IMG/VR virus record: IMGVR_UViG_3300027833_001604 | Location: 1-64,000 of that record | Reading direction: 5' to 3' (one strand) | From: a virus | Length of the DNA stretch: 64,000 nt | Part shown: positions 47,594-56,707 of the stretch, in pieces | How positions within the stretch are numbered: position 1 is the stretch's first letter | Layout of the letters: each line of letters opens with the position of its first letter | Made by a program: the position numbers and the translations under genes | Notes under the pieces: model-generated | What the model was told of the DNA's origin: nothing | Databases searched by the model: none | What the model saw: only the letters and a program-made list of their open reading frames with translations

Positions 47594-47845
47594 ATGATTA
47601 AATATAAAATTGCAGTATTAGAGCGTATGATCGAGCATTACACAAAGAACATTGAGATGTTTTCAACCCTTCCCCCAACTAATACAGTGCTTGACAGTAT
47701 GGCAGAAATGGTTGCTGCTCGCAGAGTAGTAGCAAGTTTTATTGAAAACGATGGTGTGCCTACAATTCCGCCAGGTTGGCACAATGGTAATGTTCACTTT
47801 GATGGTATGGTAAATGCCGCTGCAAGTGGAGTAGAAATATTTTAA
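47594..47845 (+). CDS. early hypothetical protein
   Basis: ORF after a TGnTATAAT promoter-like element. Confidence 0.65.
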   Translation: MIKYKIAVLERMIEHYTKNIEMFSTLPPTNTVLDSMAEMVAARRVVASFIENDGVPTIPPGWHNGNVHFDGMVNAAASGVEIF

Positions 47846-47863
47846 AAAAGATGCATTATTCGG

Positions 47864-47892
47864 TTGACAACCAAGACATCTTACTGTATACT
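47864..47892 (+). promoter_or_regulatory. sigma70 early promoter with AAGACATCTT spacer element
   Basis: TTGACA-acc-AAGACATCTT-actg-TATACT. Confidence 0.85.
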
Positions 47893-47926
47893 GTATGTAT
47901 AAGTTAATAAAAAGTAGGAGTAATAC

Positions 47927-48130
47927 ATGAATATAAAATTTAATGATGTAACAAACATAGAACTAGGTGGCGTTGATATGAACGACTATCCAGATTTTTG
48001 TGATGCATATGTAGAAAGTGCAGAAAAGTTAGATGGAACACCACTAACTGATGTTGAACTAGAAGCGTTTAGCGAACTAGACGAAACAGCATCTTATATT
48101 AATGAGAATGCATACGAAAGTTTATTTTAA
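47927..48130 (+). CDS. early acidic hypothetical protein
   Basis: AGGAG RBS; DYPDFCDAYVESA motif. Confidence 0.75.
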   Translation: MNIKFNDVTNIELGGVDMNDYPDFCDAYVESAEKLDGTPLTDVELEAFSELDETASYINENAYESLF

Positions 48131-48143
48131 AAAGGACTACATT

Positions 48144-48323
48144 ATGAAAACATTTACATTTGAAAATCATTTAGGTGAAACGTTTACTGCAAAAGCAGAA
48201 AAAGGTTTAGACGTAATGGAAGATGCAAACAAGGCTATATTGTGGCCTACTTGGAAAGACGGAATGTGGCAACAAGTAAGCGATACAAAATTTGTTTGGG
48301 TTTTAGGTAACTTTTTTAATTAA
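48144..48323 (+). CDS. early hypothetical protein
   Basis: AAGGA RBS. Confidence 0.65.
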   Translation: MKTFTFENHLGETFTAKAEKGLDVMEDANKAILWPTWKDGMWQQVSDTKFVWVLGNFFN

Positions 48324-48328
48324 AAAGG

Positions 48329-48357
48329 TTGACAAGTAAGACATCTTGCCGTATAAT
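48329..48357 (+). promoter_or_regulatory. sigma70 early promoter with AAGACATCTT spacer element
   Basis: TTGACA-agt-AAGACATCTT-gccg-TATAAT. Confidence 0.88.
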
Positions 48358-48397
48358 ATAAGTATAAACACTAAAAAATTAACTACTGGAGAATAAT

Positions 48398-48745
48398 ATG
48401 AATTTAGAATATGATGTAAATGAACTTAAAACAATTGTTGCTCAAGCTAAGAAGGCAGCATATGAGGCCGCTAGTGATTACTTTATGGAAAAACTAGATG
48501 GTAAAGACAATTATCCTTGTGGATTTGCATGGGTTAAGATTCATGGTATTAAAGGTAATACTAAATTAGGTCGTGCTATGAAACAAGCTGGTATTGAACA
48601 AGACTATACTAAAGCATTTCAAATTTACAACCCTTCAGGTGTTAACGTGCAAAACGTTGATGTTAAAGAAGTTGGCGCAATGGCGGCAGCTAATGTTTTT
48701 GAATCGTTTGGTTTCAAAGCATATGCAGGAAGTAGGTTAGACTAA
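48398..48745 (+). CDS. early hypothetical phage protein
   Basis: GGAG RBS; CGFAWV ... SRLD conserved-looking motif. Confidence 0.75.
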   Translation: MNLEYDVNELKTIVAQAKKAAYEAASDYFMEKLDGKDNYPCGFAWVKIHGIKGNTKLGRAMKQAGIEQDYTKAFQIYNPSGVNVQNVDVKEVGAMAAANVFESFGFKAYAGSRLD

Positions 48746-48912
48746 TGGTAGATGTTTTAAAAGATATCGAAGTGCTAGAATCTGCACTTATTAATATCCA
48801 AGAAGGTGCAAGCGATGAAGTATACGCTGCACTATGGAGCTTGGAAAAGCTCTTACTAGAAAAGAAAGACATGGTTGCTGCGTTTGAAGATGACATGGCA
48901 CCAAAGTTATAA
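48745..48912 (+). CDS. small acidic protein (55 aa, not in ORF track)
   Basis: TAATG overlap; MVDVLKDIEVLESALINIQEGASDE... Confidence 0.65.
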   Translation: MVDVLKDIEVLESALINIQEGASDEVYAALWSLEKLLLEKKDMVAAFEDDMAPKL

Positions 48913-48915
48913 ATA
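48908..48915 (+). promoter_or_regulatory. T4 consensus late promoter TATAAATA
   Basis: Upstream of the GGGAGG RBS of the nuclease gene. Confidence 0.7.
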
Positions 48916-48937
48916 CTCTAACGGGAGGTTAGACTAC

Positions 48938-49405
48938 ATGAGAAATAATGAAAACGTTGGCAGAGGATTAATTGTTATAGCAATTTTACTTGTTGGCTTT
49001 ATAATTGCAAATCCAATATTTGCTAAAGACGTAGATATGGAAGTCTATGACTTTCCTATTACACGAATTATCGACGGCGACACAGTTGCCTTTGAAGCAG
49101 AATTTTTACCAGATCCACTTAAAAAAGAATTAAGCATTCGTGTATACGGTGTTGATACTCCAGAAAAAAGTTGGAGAGGTGAATGCGACAGTGAAAAAGA
49201 ACTAGGAGAAAAAGCTAGTAAGTTCACTAAAAAACTAATCGATGAAGCAGTTGACGTTCAGGTTGCAATTTACAAATGGGATAAGTTTGGCGGGCGTGTA
49301 TTGGGTGATATAATTATTGATGGGAAGAGTTTGAGATATGCTCTTATCGAAAAAGGTTATGCACGTGAATATTACGGTGATAAAAAGGAGAGCTGGTGTG
49401 AATAA
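48938..49405 (+). CDS. thermonuclease (SNase) family protein with N-terminal TM
   Basis: IIDGDT, IRVYGVDTPE, DKFGGRVLG, LIEKGYA. Confidence 0.9.
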   Translation: MRNNENVGRGLIVIAILLVGFIIANPIFAKDVDMEVYDFPITRIIDGDTVAFEAEFLPDPLKKELSIRVYGVDTPEKSWRGECDSEKELGEKASKFTKKLIDEAVDVQVAIYKWDKFGGRVLGDIIIDGKSLRYALIEKGYAREYYGDKKESWCE

Positions 49406-49427
49406 CGCTAGTTAATGGTAGGCAGAG

Positions 49428-49451
49428 AAACGCCTTAACTGGCGTTTTTTT
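49428..49451. terminator. terminator at the convergent strand switch
   Basis: aaacgcc-ttaact-ggcgttt plus T tract. Confidence 0.8.
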
Positions 49452-49455
49452 GTGA

Positions 49456-49812
49456 CTAATTATTGCTACAGTTGTTAACACATACCTTAGGCGGCATGTC
49501 ACTTTTCCAACCTTCGTAGTAAACATGAGTTTGAAATATTTCATGTGCAATGATTTCTTCAAGGCTATGATGTTCTAAATTATTCCAATTTGGATCATTT
49601 TCCATTAGTGTCATTATGCGTGTATCTTCTTTTAAGTCTTTGGTATCTTTTTCTACAAGTTGACCACTACCATCTTTTTTGTATACATTTCGCATATCCC
49701 ATGCATTACTAAAGAAGCAACAAGGCCACACTATGCCTTCGGGTGTTACTTCCCAACGTCTTACATCATTGTGATAATCAATTGCTTTACATTTAATATC
49801 ACACTTAGGCAT
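49456..49812 (-). CDS. stand-alone SPASM/twitch domain protein
   Basis: C...VTPEGIVWPCC...NNL..HSLEEI...CVNNC. Confidence 0.75.
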   Translation of the reverse strand: MPKCDIKCKAIDYHNDVRRWEVTPEGIVWPCCFFSNAWDMRNVYKKDGSGQLVEKDTKDLKEDTRIMTLMENDPNWNNLEHHSLEEIIAHEIFQTHVYYEGWKSDMPPKVCVNNCSNN

Positions 49813-50458
49813 AATTGTAACCTATATTAATCTCATTGTCGGCACATAGTTTATCACATGCTTGCATATTTGTATCTGTAATTAATCCATAAGAACGATC
49901 ATTGTAACGGAATATAATATTAACATTCATGTCATCTGCTAGTTGTTTAGCTAATGTAACCTGTTGCCAATTCCAATCAAATATTAGATATAACCAATTA
50001 GTATTGCCACCGTTACTAGAAAATGCTTTCATATTATCAATTGCTCGGTCAAAGTCAACGCCTTCTCTATACAACCAGTTAACATCATGTGTGGCGCCAT
50101 CTATTGCAAAGTCTATCTTTAATCTTTGCTTATACTTTTGTGCAATTGTTTCATACCAATCTGGTGTGCGTAGTCCACCGTTTGTTGATATACTAACCAT
50201 TGGAGCATAATCCAATGCAGTTTGTATAAAGGTATCAACTTGTGGATGCATCATAGGATCGCCAAACTCTCCACAAAATTCAATGTCGTCAAGTTCTACA
50301 GTTTTAAGATTTGATAGTCTGCGTTTAAATACTTCTAGGTCCATGTGCTTTAATTTGACCCATTCATTCTTTTCGCCAGTTTCTTCATTGGTTCTAGCAC
50401 AACTACGACATTTGGCTTGACAATAAGTTGTAAGTGCAAAGTCAAAAGAATGTTTCAT
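49805..50458 (-). CDS. radical SAM core domain protein
   Basis: CQAKCRSC, CGEFGDP, STNGG, FAIDG. Confidence 0.85.
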   Translation of the reverse strand: MKHSFDFALTTYCQAKCRSCARTNEETGEKNEWVKLKHMDLEVFKRRLSNLKTVELDDIEFCGEFGDPMMHPQVDTFIQTALDYAPMVSISTNGGLRTPDWYETIAQKYKQRLKIDFAIDGATHDVNWLYREGVDFDRAIDNMKAFSSNGGNTNWLYLIFDWNWQQVTLAKQLADDMNVNIIFRYNDRSYGLITDTNMQACDKLCADNEINIGYNYA

Positions 50459-51090
50459 CTCTCTCGTAACCGCTCTTGTATAAATCTAATGCTATCGTCT
50501 GTTACTTGTGCATTAACTACTAACCAAATGCTATCGTGTGATGTGCTGCAATTAAATAATGTGTGTTGCTTTGTTGTATTGACTACATAACACTCGCCAT
50601 AATCAAAGTGAAGTGTGTTATTTTCTAACATGAATCTACAATGAGGTGCGTTACAATTTTCTAATGCCCATATAAGTCTAAAACTAGTTTGCTCACCCCA
50701 TACATGATCTCTATGTGGTGGAAAGTATCCACCTGGTGGTAGTCTTAGGAAGTGTGATCTAACACTCCAGTCTAACATAGGTCCTACTACTCGTTGTAAC
50801 TCAGAGCTGGTATGATATAATTCTGTAGGAACATTAAAATCTTCTTCTTGGAAGTTTGTTCCATACTCTCTATTCCATTCACCTAAACTATCTAGTGCTG
50901 GTCCTGGGCCACACTTACCACTTTCATTAATAATACACAAGCCGTGACGTTTAATCCAATCTTTGCGTGGATTATACTTTGCCCACTTGTCATCATGCAC
51001 TGAGACTTCGCCAAGCAATTTGTCTATATCAAATTCGGCGCCAATCTGATAAAAGTCACCGAACTGCGTAATTTTTGAAATATCATTCAA
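50455..51090 (-). CDS. Asp/Asn beta-hydroxylase-like 2OG-Fe(II) oxygenase
   Basis: LPPGGYFPPHRD ... NTTKQHTLFN. Confidence 0.75.
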   Translation of the reverse strand: MNDISKITQFGDFYQIGAEFDIDKLLGEVSVHDDKWAKYNPRKDWIKRHGLCIINESGKCGPGPALDSLGEWNREYGTNFQEEDFNVPTELYHTSSELQRVVGPMLDWSVRSHFLRLPPGGYFPPHRDHVWGEQTSFRLIWALENCNAPHCRFMLENNTLHFDYGECYVVNTTKQHTLFNCSTSHDSIWLVVNAQVTDDSIRFIQERLRER

Positions 51091-51099
51091 TTTGATTTC

Positions 51100-51936
51100 C
51101 TACTCGTCGTGTGTGTTGACATAGTTCTGTTTGAACGATGTCTGCGGATTCTCTCCGCCATTTACACGGTTGTTTAGATGTTTTACATATTGGACCATGT
51201 TATGATCGGAAAATGAATCTAATTTACCTTTAAACAATCCTCTAATAATACCACGCCACACATCTTTGACTCGTTGCCATCCTGTTAAGTTTCTAAGGTT
51301 ACCATAGTGATTAAAGTATTGGCATTGTCCATGATGAACATAACCAAATATTATAAATGGAACTCTAGCTACTATGTCTGCGTTGTTAAGCCAACGATAA
51401 TGTGTAAAAGGAAAATTGTCAAGGTAAGTTCTCCAACCTACTCTTGGTGATCCAAATGTATGTAATTCTTTAGGATTATATAATGCACTGTCGCCTCTGC
51501 AACGACTTGCTACTATAGTTGACATAGCTGCACCAAGTGAATGTCCACATAACCAAATGTGACGTTTTGCTTGTTCTCTAACTAGGTCTTCTTTGATTAA
51601 ATCCCATAGTTTGTCTACTTCACCTTTAAACCCACCATGCACTCTGCCCACTGTTTCTGCAACAACTGGAAATGCTCTGGCGTCTGCTTTAATATCATTG
51701 TATTGTGTTGGCTGTGTGCCTCTGCATGCAATCACTAAATCATGTTTATTCATAAAGCGATATGCTTCTGCACCATCTATGTTATAAAACTCAACAGTAG
51801 TGAATCCTAATTTCCTTGCTAGTTTTTTAACCTCACTTGCTTCATAATAAGCAATTTGGGCCAGTTCTGCAAATAATAAGGCTCGTTCATTACCTGATAG
51901 TAATTCTATTTTAGTTTTTAGTTTTGTGCTAAACAT
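51100..51936 (-). CDS. class 3 lipase
   Basis: CRGT, VHGGF, GHSLGAA, TFGSPRVG, DIVARVP, DH. Confidence 0.9.
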   Translation of the reverse strand: MFSTKLKTKIELLSGNERALLFAELAQIAYYEASEVKKLARKLGFTTVEFYNIDGAEAYRFMNKHDLVIACRGTQPTQYNDIKADARAFPVVAETVGRVHGGFKGEVDKLWDLIKEDLVREQAKRHIWLCGHSLGAAMSTIVASRCRGDSALYNPKELHTFGSPRVGWRTYLDNFPFTHYRWLNNADIVARVPFIIFGYVHHGQCQYFNHYGNLRNLTGWQRVKDVWRGIIRGLFKGKLDSFSDHNMVQYVKHLNNRVNGGENPQTSFKQNYVNTHDE

Positions 51937-51941
51937 AGTTG

Positions 51942-51949
51942 TATTTATA
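51942..51949 (-). promoter_or_regulatory. late promoter TATAAATA, leaderless arrangement
   Basis: On - strand: TATAAATA-caact-ATG(51936). Confidence 0.75.
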
Positions 51950-53075
51950 CCTTACGTTTAGGTATCTTACTATCTGCACTTGAAACACATGCTTTTGTTG
52001 TGCATATTGTAGGTTTATCAAACAATTTAAACCCTGTTTCAATATTACCTAACGGTTGATCACCACAACTATAACTACGTTTTATACTTCCGTCTGGCTC
52101 ACGTATGATAATACCTTGGTATCCACTGTTACACATCCAGCCTTTGAAGTTATTAAACTCAAATGCATTAAAACGTTCCGCTTGGTCCATATACCATTTT
52201 TTGCCTTTAGAGTCTGTAAACTCTACTTGCATGTTCCACGGAACACTAGCATCGTTTCTACCAATAGTATACTCTGGCATTTCAAAACTTGGCTTAGGAC
52301 GTTCAACTACTCTTGCTTCTGCAGCTTTTTGTTCTGTATAACTACGCTGTGGCATTCCATTGTGTAATTTCTTTTTCATCTCAGGTGTATAACCATCTAC
52401 TACTCTACTTGCAGTTGGATCTGACTGAGGTTTTAGTGTAACGTTAATACCTTGTTTATGAAAGAACAATGCATTATCATAATATGTATCAAACAGCTCA
52501 GGCACCATAACCATGTTAATAGTTATTTGCACATCATGTTCTTGACAAAGTATTAGTTTATCTGCAAGGTCTTGCATCTTCTCTGGTGTGTCAACATGCT
52601 CGATATGTAAACTACATGTAATACTAGCTCTATGAAAATGCTTTACGTAATCAACATACGTTTCAAACCATTTCATTGGCCTACTACAATTGCTTGTCAT
52701 ATGCACACTTGTATAGTTTGTGTTATGCACATCATCTGCTAGATGTTTTAACATATCTAAGTAACCAGGATGGAATGTAGGCTCGCCTCCACTTAAACTA
52801 AAATGGAAACTATTGAATCCGTTTTGTCTTGCTTGGCGTTTTATCTCGTCTATTGTTTTTAAGTTAAGTTCAGTAGGACGATGGTCCTTGCGATCACTAC
52901 GAGCATAAGGCCAGCAATAAGAACATCTGTAGTTACAGAATCTTCCTAGTAACCAACTAACTGTAAATAAATCACGATACAATAAAGTCCGTTGACCAAC
53001 TTGAACTAAATCATCAAATGGTATTTTTGTAAAATCATAATTTGACCACTTTAAGTCGTCTGTATCATTGCTCAT
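51945..53075 (-). CDS. radical SAM protein with C-terminal Cys cluster
   Basis: CNYRCSYC, SGGEP; C...DG...C...LGNI...C...C. Confidence 0.88.
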   Translation of the reverse strand: MSNDTDDLKWSNYDFTKIPFDDLVQVGQRTLLYRDLFTVSWLLGRFCNYRCSYCWPYARSDRKDHRPTELNLKTIDEIKRQARQNGFNSFHFSLSGGEPTFHPGYLDMLKHLADDVHNTNYTSVHMTSNCSRPMKWFETYVDYVKHFHRASITCSLHIEHVDTPEKMQDLADKLILCQEHDVQITINMVMVPELFDTYYDNALFFHKQGINVTLKPQSDPTASRVVDGYTPEMKKKLHNGMPQRSYTEQKAAEARVVERPKPSFEMPEYTIGRNDASVPWNMQVEFTDSKGKKWYMDQAERFNAFEFNNFKGWMCNSGYQGIIIREPDGSIKRSYSCGDQPLGNIETGFKLFDKPTICTTKACVSSADSKIPKRKV

Positions 53076-53637
53076 CTTTGTTTCCTATTTGTAATGGATC
53101 CACGCTTAGTTCATTAACTGATAAATGCTCTGGCATATTAATTACGTATTCAATTAAGTCTACGGCTTCGTCTAGTGTCATTGTTTTACGTCCTGGGTGC
53201 TTGTGTGCATTGTTCTCTAATGTGCCAAATGTAACATAACTTACCTTAGGACCACCTGACCAAATGCTTTTTAGACCCATTGCATTGCTTGTGCTACGTA
53301 GGGCCTTCTTTTCTTGTTGATAAAGCCAATCGCTACCCTTTGTAGCTCTGTCAGTTGTGGAGCCTAAATTAACTATATGTAGTCGTTTAAGGTGTCTTAA
53401 AGCGTCTTTATAGACTACATCTAGCACCAGTGTTTGATTGAAGCGCCATAATGCACTAGAGTTAATAAAAACGTCAAAGTTAAGAGCCTTTTCTGCAAGC
53501 TTCTCTCTATAGCCATTTTCAGTTAAATCGTAGCCCCATGTAGTTCTACCAACAAATACTGTATCAGGCCATCTTTTGGCAATAGCACTTGCTAAACCTT
53601 TTTCTGGATTACCTGTGCATAGTATTGTTTTAGACAT
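53065..53637 (-). CDS. short-chain dehydrogenase/reductase
   Basis: TGNPEKGLA, DVFINSS, NLGS, YQQEK (YxxxK). Confidence 0.75.
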   Translation of the reverse strand: MSKTILCTGNPEKGLASAIAKRWPDTVFVGRTTWGYDLTENGYREKLAEKALNFDVFINSSALWRFNQTLVLDVVYKDALRHLKRLHIVNLGSTTDRATKGSDWLYQQEKKALRSTSNAMGLKSIWSGGPKVSYVTFGTLENNAHKHPGRKTMTLDEAVDLIEYVINMPEHLSVNELSVDPLQIGNKDEQ

Positions 53638-54856
53638 CAATGTATCCTTCAAACTCAGGACATGCTTCAAGTAGTTTACCACGTTGCAGTTCATCCATTT
53701 TGAGATTGTAATCAACAAACTGTTGCCATAAATCTTCGTGCCAATCTTCAGCTGTCATATACTTTAGTGTGTCCATTACTTTAGGCCACTTTTGGTATGG
53801 TAGTAAATTTAATGCTGCTTTTTCTTTTAATGCCACAGGTAATACACGTATGTTCATACAATCTGGATGATTAAGAATATTAAGATACACTTGATCACCT
53901 TCCAATCCACGTGACTCTGCAAAGTCCAATAGTTCATGTAATGCACATATGTTAAGTGCTTGAACTGTGCAATGTATTTGAATATCTACATTATCAAACG
54001 TGCTTAATTCATCAAAGTTTTTCTCTACTTTTTCCCAACTACTTGGATAACGAATATATCTATCACGATGTCCAACTGCATCAATACTACAGTTAAGTTG
54101 CACACGTTTAAACTTACTCCAGTATTCAATCATCTTAGGTGGAATATTAGTTAGGTTAGTATTATATTTTAGTTTAATTCCACCTGCTAAATCATTTTCA
54201 ATACAATAGTCAAGTAATTTATATTGTGATGTAGCTAGTGTAGGCTCACCACCTGTTAAGTATATCTCTTGAACTGTATGTGCAATGTCTTGGAAGTTTA
54301 GCCCTGTCTTTTTAAAGTCTGGCCATTCAGTCATTACGTTCATAAACTTTAAAGTCTCACCTGTAAGTTCTACTGGTGGATCTAATTTCGCTGTTGGAAC
54401 TACTGCATTCCAATCTTTAACCCACATGCTACTTGCCCAAGGATTACACATTCTGCATTTTAAATTACATAGGTTGCCTAAACGTAAATCAACATAACGC
54501 ACATCCACTGGAATCTTAGTATCTACTTTAACATCATCTGTCCACCACTTTTCATTAAAGCCTGCACGTGGGCTACGAATGCCTGCGTCTTCTTCACGGA
54601 AACAACGAACACACATCTCTGGCTTTTCACCATTGAGAAACTCTTCTCTGATTTTTGTGTATGTAGGACTGTTCCATACTTCTTCTAAGTCATGTTTATA
54701 AATTTTAAACGGCTTGTCTGTTTCAGGGTTTACAATTTGATTTGTATTAGGATTACTGTTACAACACACCCTAAAGCTACCCGCAGCATTTGTTGCCACA
54801 TGCATAAACGGTAGCACACAAAATGTCTTACTTGGTAATGGTTTATCTGTTTTCAT
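53630..54856 (-). CDS. radical SAM protein with N-terminal twitch/SPASM-like domain
   Basis: CVLPF...VCC...CVRC, then CNLKCRMC, GGEP, YIRYP. Confidence 0.9.
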   Translation of the reverse strand: MKTDKPLPSKTFCVLPFMHVATNAAGSFRVCCNSNPNTNQIVNPETDKPFKIYKHDLEEVWNSPTYTKIREEFLNGEKPEMCVRCFREEDAGIRSPRAGFNEKWWTDDVKVDTKIPVDVRYVDLRLGNLCNLKCRMCNPWASSMWVKDWNAVVPTAKLDPPVELTGETLKFMNVMTEWPDFKKTGLNFQDIAHTVQEIYLTGGEPTLATSQYKLLDYCIENDLAGGIKLKYNTNLTNIPPKMIEYWSKFKRVQLNCSIDAVGHRDRYIRYPSSWEKVEKNFDELSTFDNVDIQIHCTVQALNICALHELLDFAESRGLEGDQVYLNILNHPDCMNIRVLPVALKEKAALNLLPYQKWPKVMDTLKYMTAEDWHEDLWQQFVDYNLKMDELQRGKLLEACPEFEGYIDV

Positions 54857-54858
54857 TA

Positions 54859-54975
54859 TTATTCTCGTTTTGATAGTTTGGATTGTTTGTTTTTACCTGA
54901 CAGGTAACGGACCTCATCTGGCTCTCCAAACAGTTTTGTCCACCACTTTGTGATTAAGGCTTCCAGTTTTTTCAT
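54859..54975 (-). CDS. small peptide (38 aa, not in ORF track)
   Basis: MKKLEALITKWWTKLFGEPDEVRYLSGKNKQSKLSKRE; ATAAATA at 54995-55001 upstream. Confidence 0.6.
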   Translation of the reverse strand: MKKLEALITKWWTKLFGEPDEVRYLSGKNKQSKLSKRE

Positions 54976-55002
54976 ATGTTTCTCATAACGTTACTATTTA
55001 TT

Positions 55003-55974
55003 TTAAATAAAGTCTTGGTAGTTAGTACCATGTATCTCATCCATAATTTCGCTTTGTTCTATTAATATCTTTCTTAGTATTCCATCTTGCATTGCGTCAG
55101 GCGACATAAATGCTGGTTTTATTACAGGAGTTGATTGAAAGTAGTTTATTTTATTACTGTCACACCAATCTATTATTTCATCTAAGTTGTTTCTATTAAA
55201 CACCATAGGAAGTATAGTCACAGTCATATGTGTGTTCTTAGGTTTTTGCTTATTAAATATAACAGCATTTTCACTAGTTGTCAACCAGCTAGAACCAGGG
55301 CGTATGTATTCATAACGTTCACCTACTGCTTCTATGCTTATGTTTATTTCTACTCTTCTAAACTTCTCAAACAAATGATTCCATGCTGTCATGTCATAGC
55401 TTCCATTTGTTATTAAGTGTAATTCAATTGCAGATGCAACATCTTCGTCAATTAGACGTTGTATTATTTTCTTTACTTGTGGTATCATAAATGGTTCACC
55501 ACCTGTAAATTTTACAATCTTTGCATCTAACATAAGATGACTGAACTCTACTGCCTGCTTTGCCCAACGTGTATTAGGTTTATTATCATATTGCTTAGAC
55601 CAATTTTTATCTTGGTTATCTCTAACTATATTTGCCCATGTGCTACTGCTTGTCATATTACACATTCTACAAGCAAAATTACAAGTGTTGTTTATCTTTA
55701 AATCCCAATGCTTAATTCCTACTTCGTTTTCAAATTGCTTGTTATATGTTGTGCGTAAACTATCTCCTGTGAGTTCTTCACTTAGTTTACATTCAGCACA
55801 TTCATCTAGCCATTCAGTTTCACTACGCTTTCCCCATTCAGCATGACGTGTTTGCCAGTCGTCGGTCCAGAACAGGTTTTGTGTTCCTTGTTTTACTTCA
55901 AATGCACAACATGGCCTTACTGCTCCAGTAGGTCCTATTGTTACACCGTTTTTAAATATCGAACATCTTGGCAT
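55003..55974 (-). CDS. radical SAM protein with N-terminal twitch-like domain
   Basis: C...PCC...CAEC, then CNFACRMC, GGEP. Confidence 0.88.
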   Translation of the reverse strand: MPRCSIFKNGVTIGPTGAVRPCCAFEVKQGTQNLFWTDDWQTRHAEWGKRSETEWLDECAECKLSEELTGDSLRTTYNKQFENEVGIKHWDLKINNTCNFACRMCNMTSSSTWANIVRDNQDKNWSKQYDNKPNTRWAKQAVEFSHLMLDAKIVKFTGGEPFMIPQVKKIIQRLIDEDVASAIELHLITNGSYDMTAWNHLFEKFRRVEINISIEAVGERYEYIRPGSSWLTTSENAVIFNKQKPKNTHMTVTILPMVFNRNNLDEIIDWCDSNKINYFQSTPVIKPAFMSPDAMQDGILRKILIEQSEIMDEIHGTNYQDFI

Positions 55975-56707
55975 AATTTTTGTTTACTATTCTCTTAAAA
56001 TCGTCAGTTGGTCCACCATCGAATATCATATGTATACGTGGCTCTTCGCTACGATTCCATACTGCATGATAATGGCCAGTGTTAATCTTCATTGCCAGTC
56101 CAGGCTCAAATGGCATAGTGCCGTAATCTTGTATAACTAGTTTGCACCCATCTGGATTATTAATGGCTACATTAGTTGCACCTAGTCCTGTCATTCGTTC
56201 TCTGTCTTGATGTGGTCTAATCCAACCGCCTGGTAGTAGTGCCATAAATCTAACACGACTAAAGTTTTCGTATAGCATTTCATCTTGCATCCATTCTTTA
56301 GTAATTGGTGTAAATTTACTAATGTCTGTCCAGTCACTTAATTCATGTTCTGCTTCGTCTGGCATTCCGTAATCTTCTGGACAATTAGTATGCACACTAC
56401 TCATACCATGCACACATAAACTTAACCAGCCACCGCCGCTGTTTGCTCTGTGTAAACTAAAGCATTCAGTTTCTAGCAAGTGTATTGCTTCTGCATGTAT
56501 TTCTTTCCATGGCACATTAATATCTGGTAATGCTACCCATGGGACTCTTGTGTTATCACCAACGTCATTTAAATCTTCTGGTATAATTTGTTCTTTGTCA
56601 GCACTACCGGGCGAGCGTTGTGAATGTTTACGTTCGTTAGCGTAGAACCACTCCTTTGACTCTTCGTCAATTTCTTCCCAATATGCTAAACGTTTATAAT
56701 CTTTCAT
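55952..56707 (-). CDS. Asp/Asn beta-hydroxylase-like 2OG-Fe(II) oxygenase
   Basis: RFMALLPGGWIRPHQD ... HAVWNRSEEPRIHMI. Confidence 0.8.
   Translation of the reverse strand: MKDYKRLAYWEEIDEESKEWFYANERKHSQRSPGSADKEQIIPEDLNDVGDNTRVPWVALPDINVPWKEIHAEAIHLLETECFSLHRANSGGGWLSLCVHGMSSVHTNCPEDYGMPDEAEHELSDWTDISKFTPITKEWMQDEMLYENFSRVRFMALLPGGWIRPHQDRERMTGLGATNVAINNPDGCKLVIQDYGTMPFEPGLAMKINTGHYHAVWNRSEEPRIHMIFDGGPTDDFKRIVNKNYAKMFDI

Noticed and set aside
1488-49227. Many minus-strand ORFs in the + region (e.g. 4901-5353, 6741-7253, 10621-11148, 26258-26677) and plus-strand ORFs after 49.9 kb
   Set aside because: Antisense shadows of well-supported genes, with no motifs or RBS.
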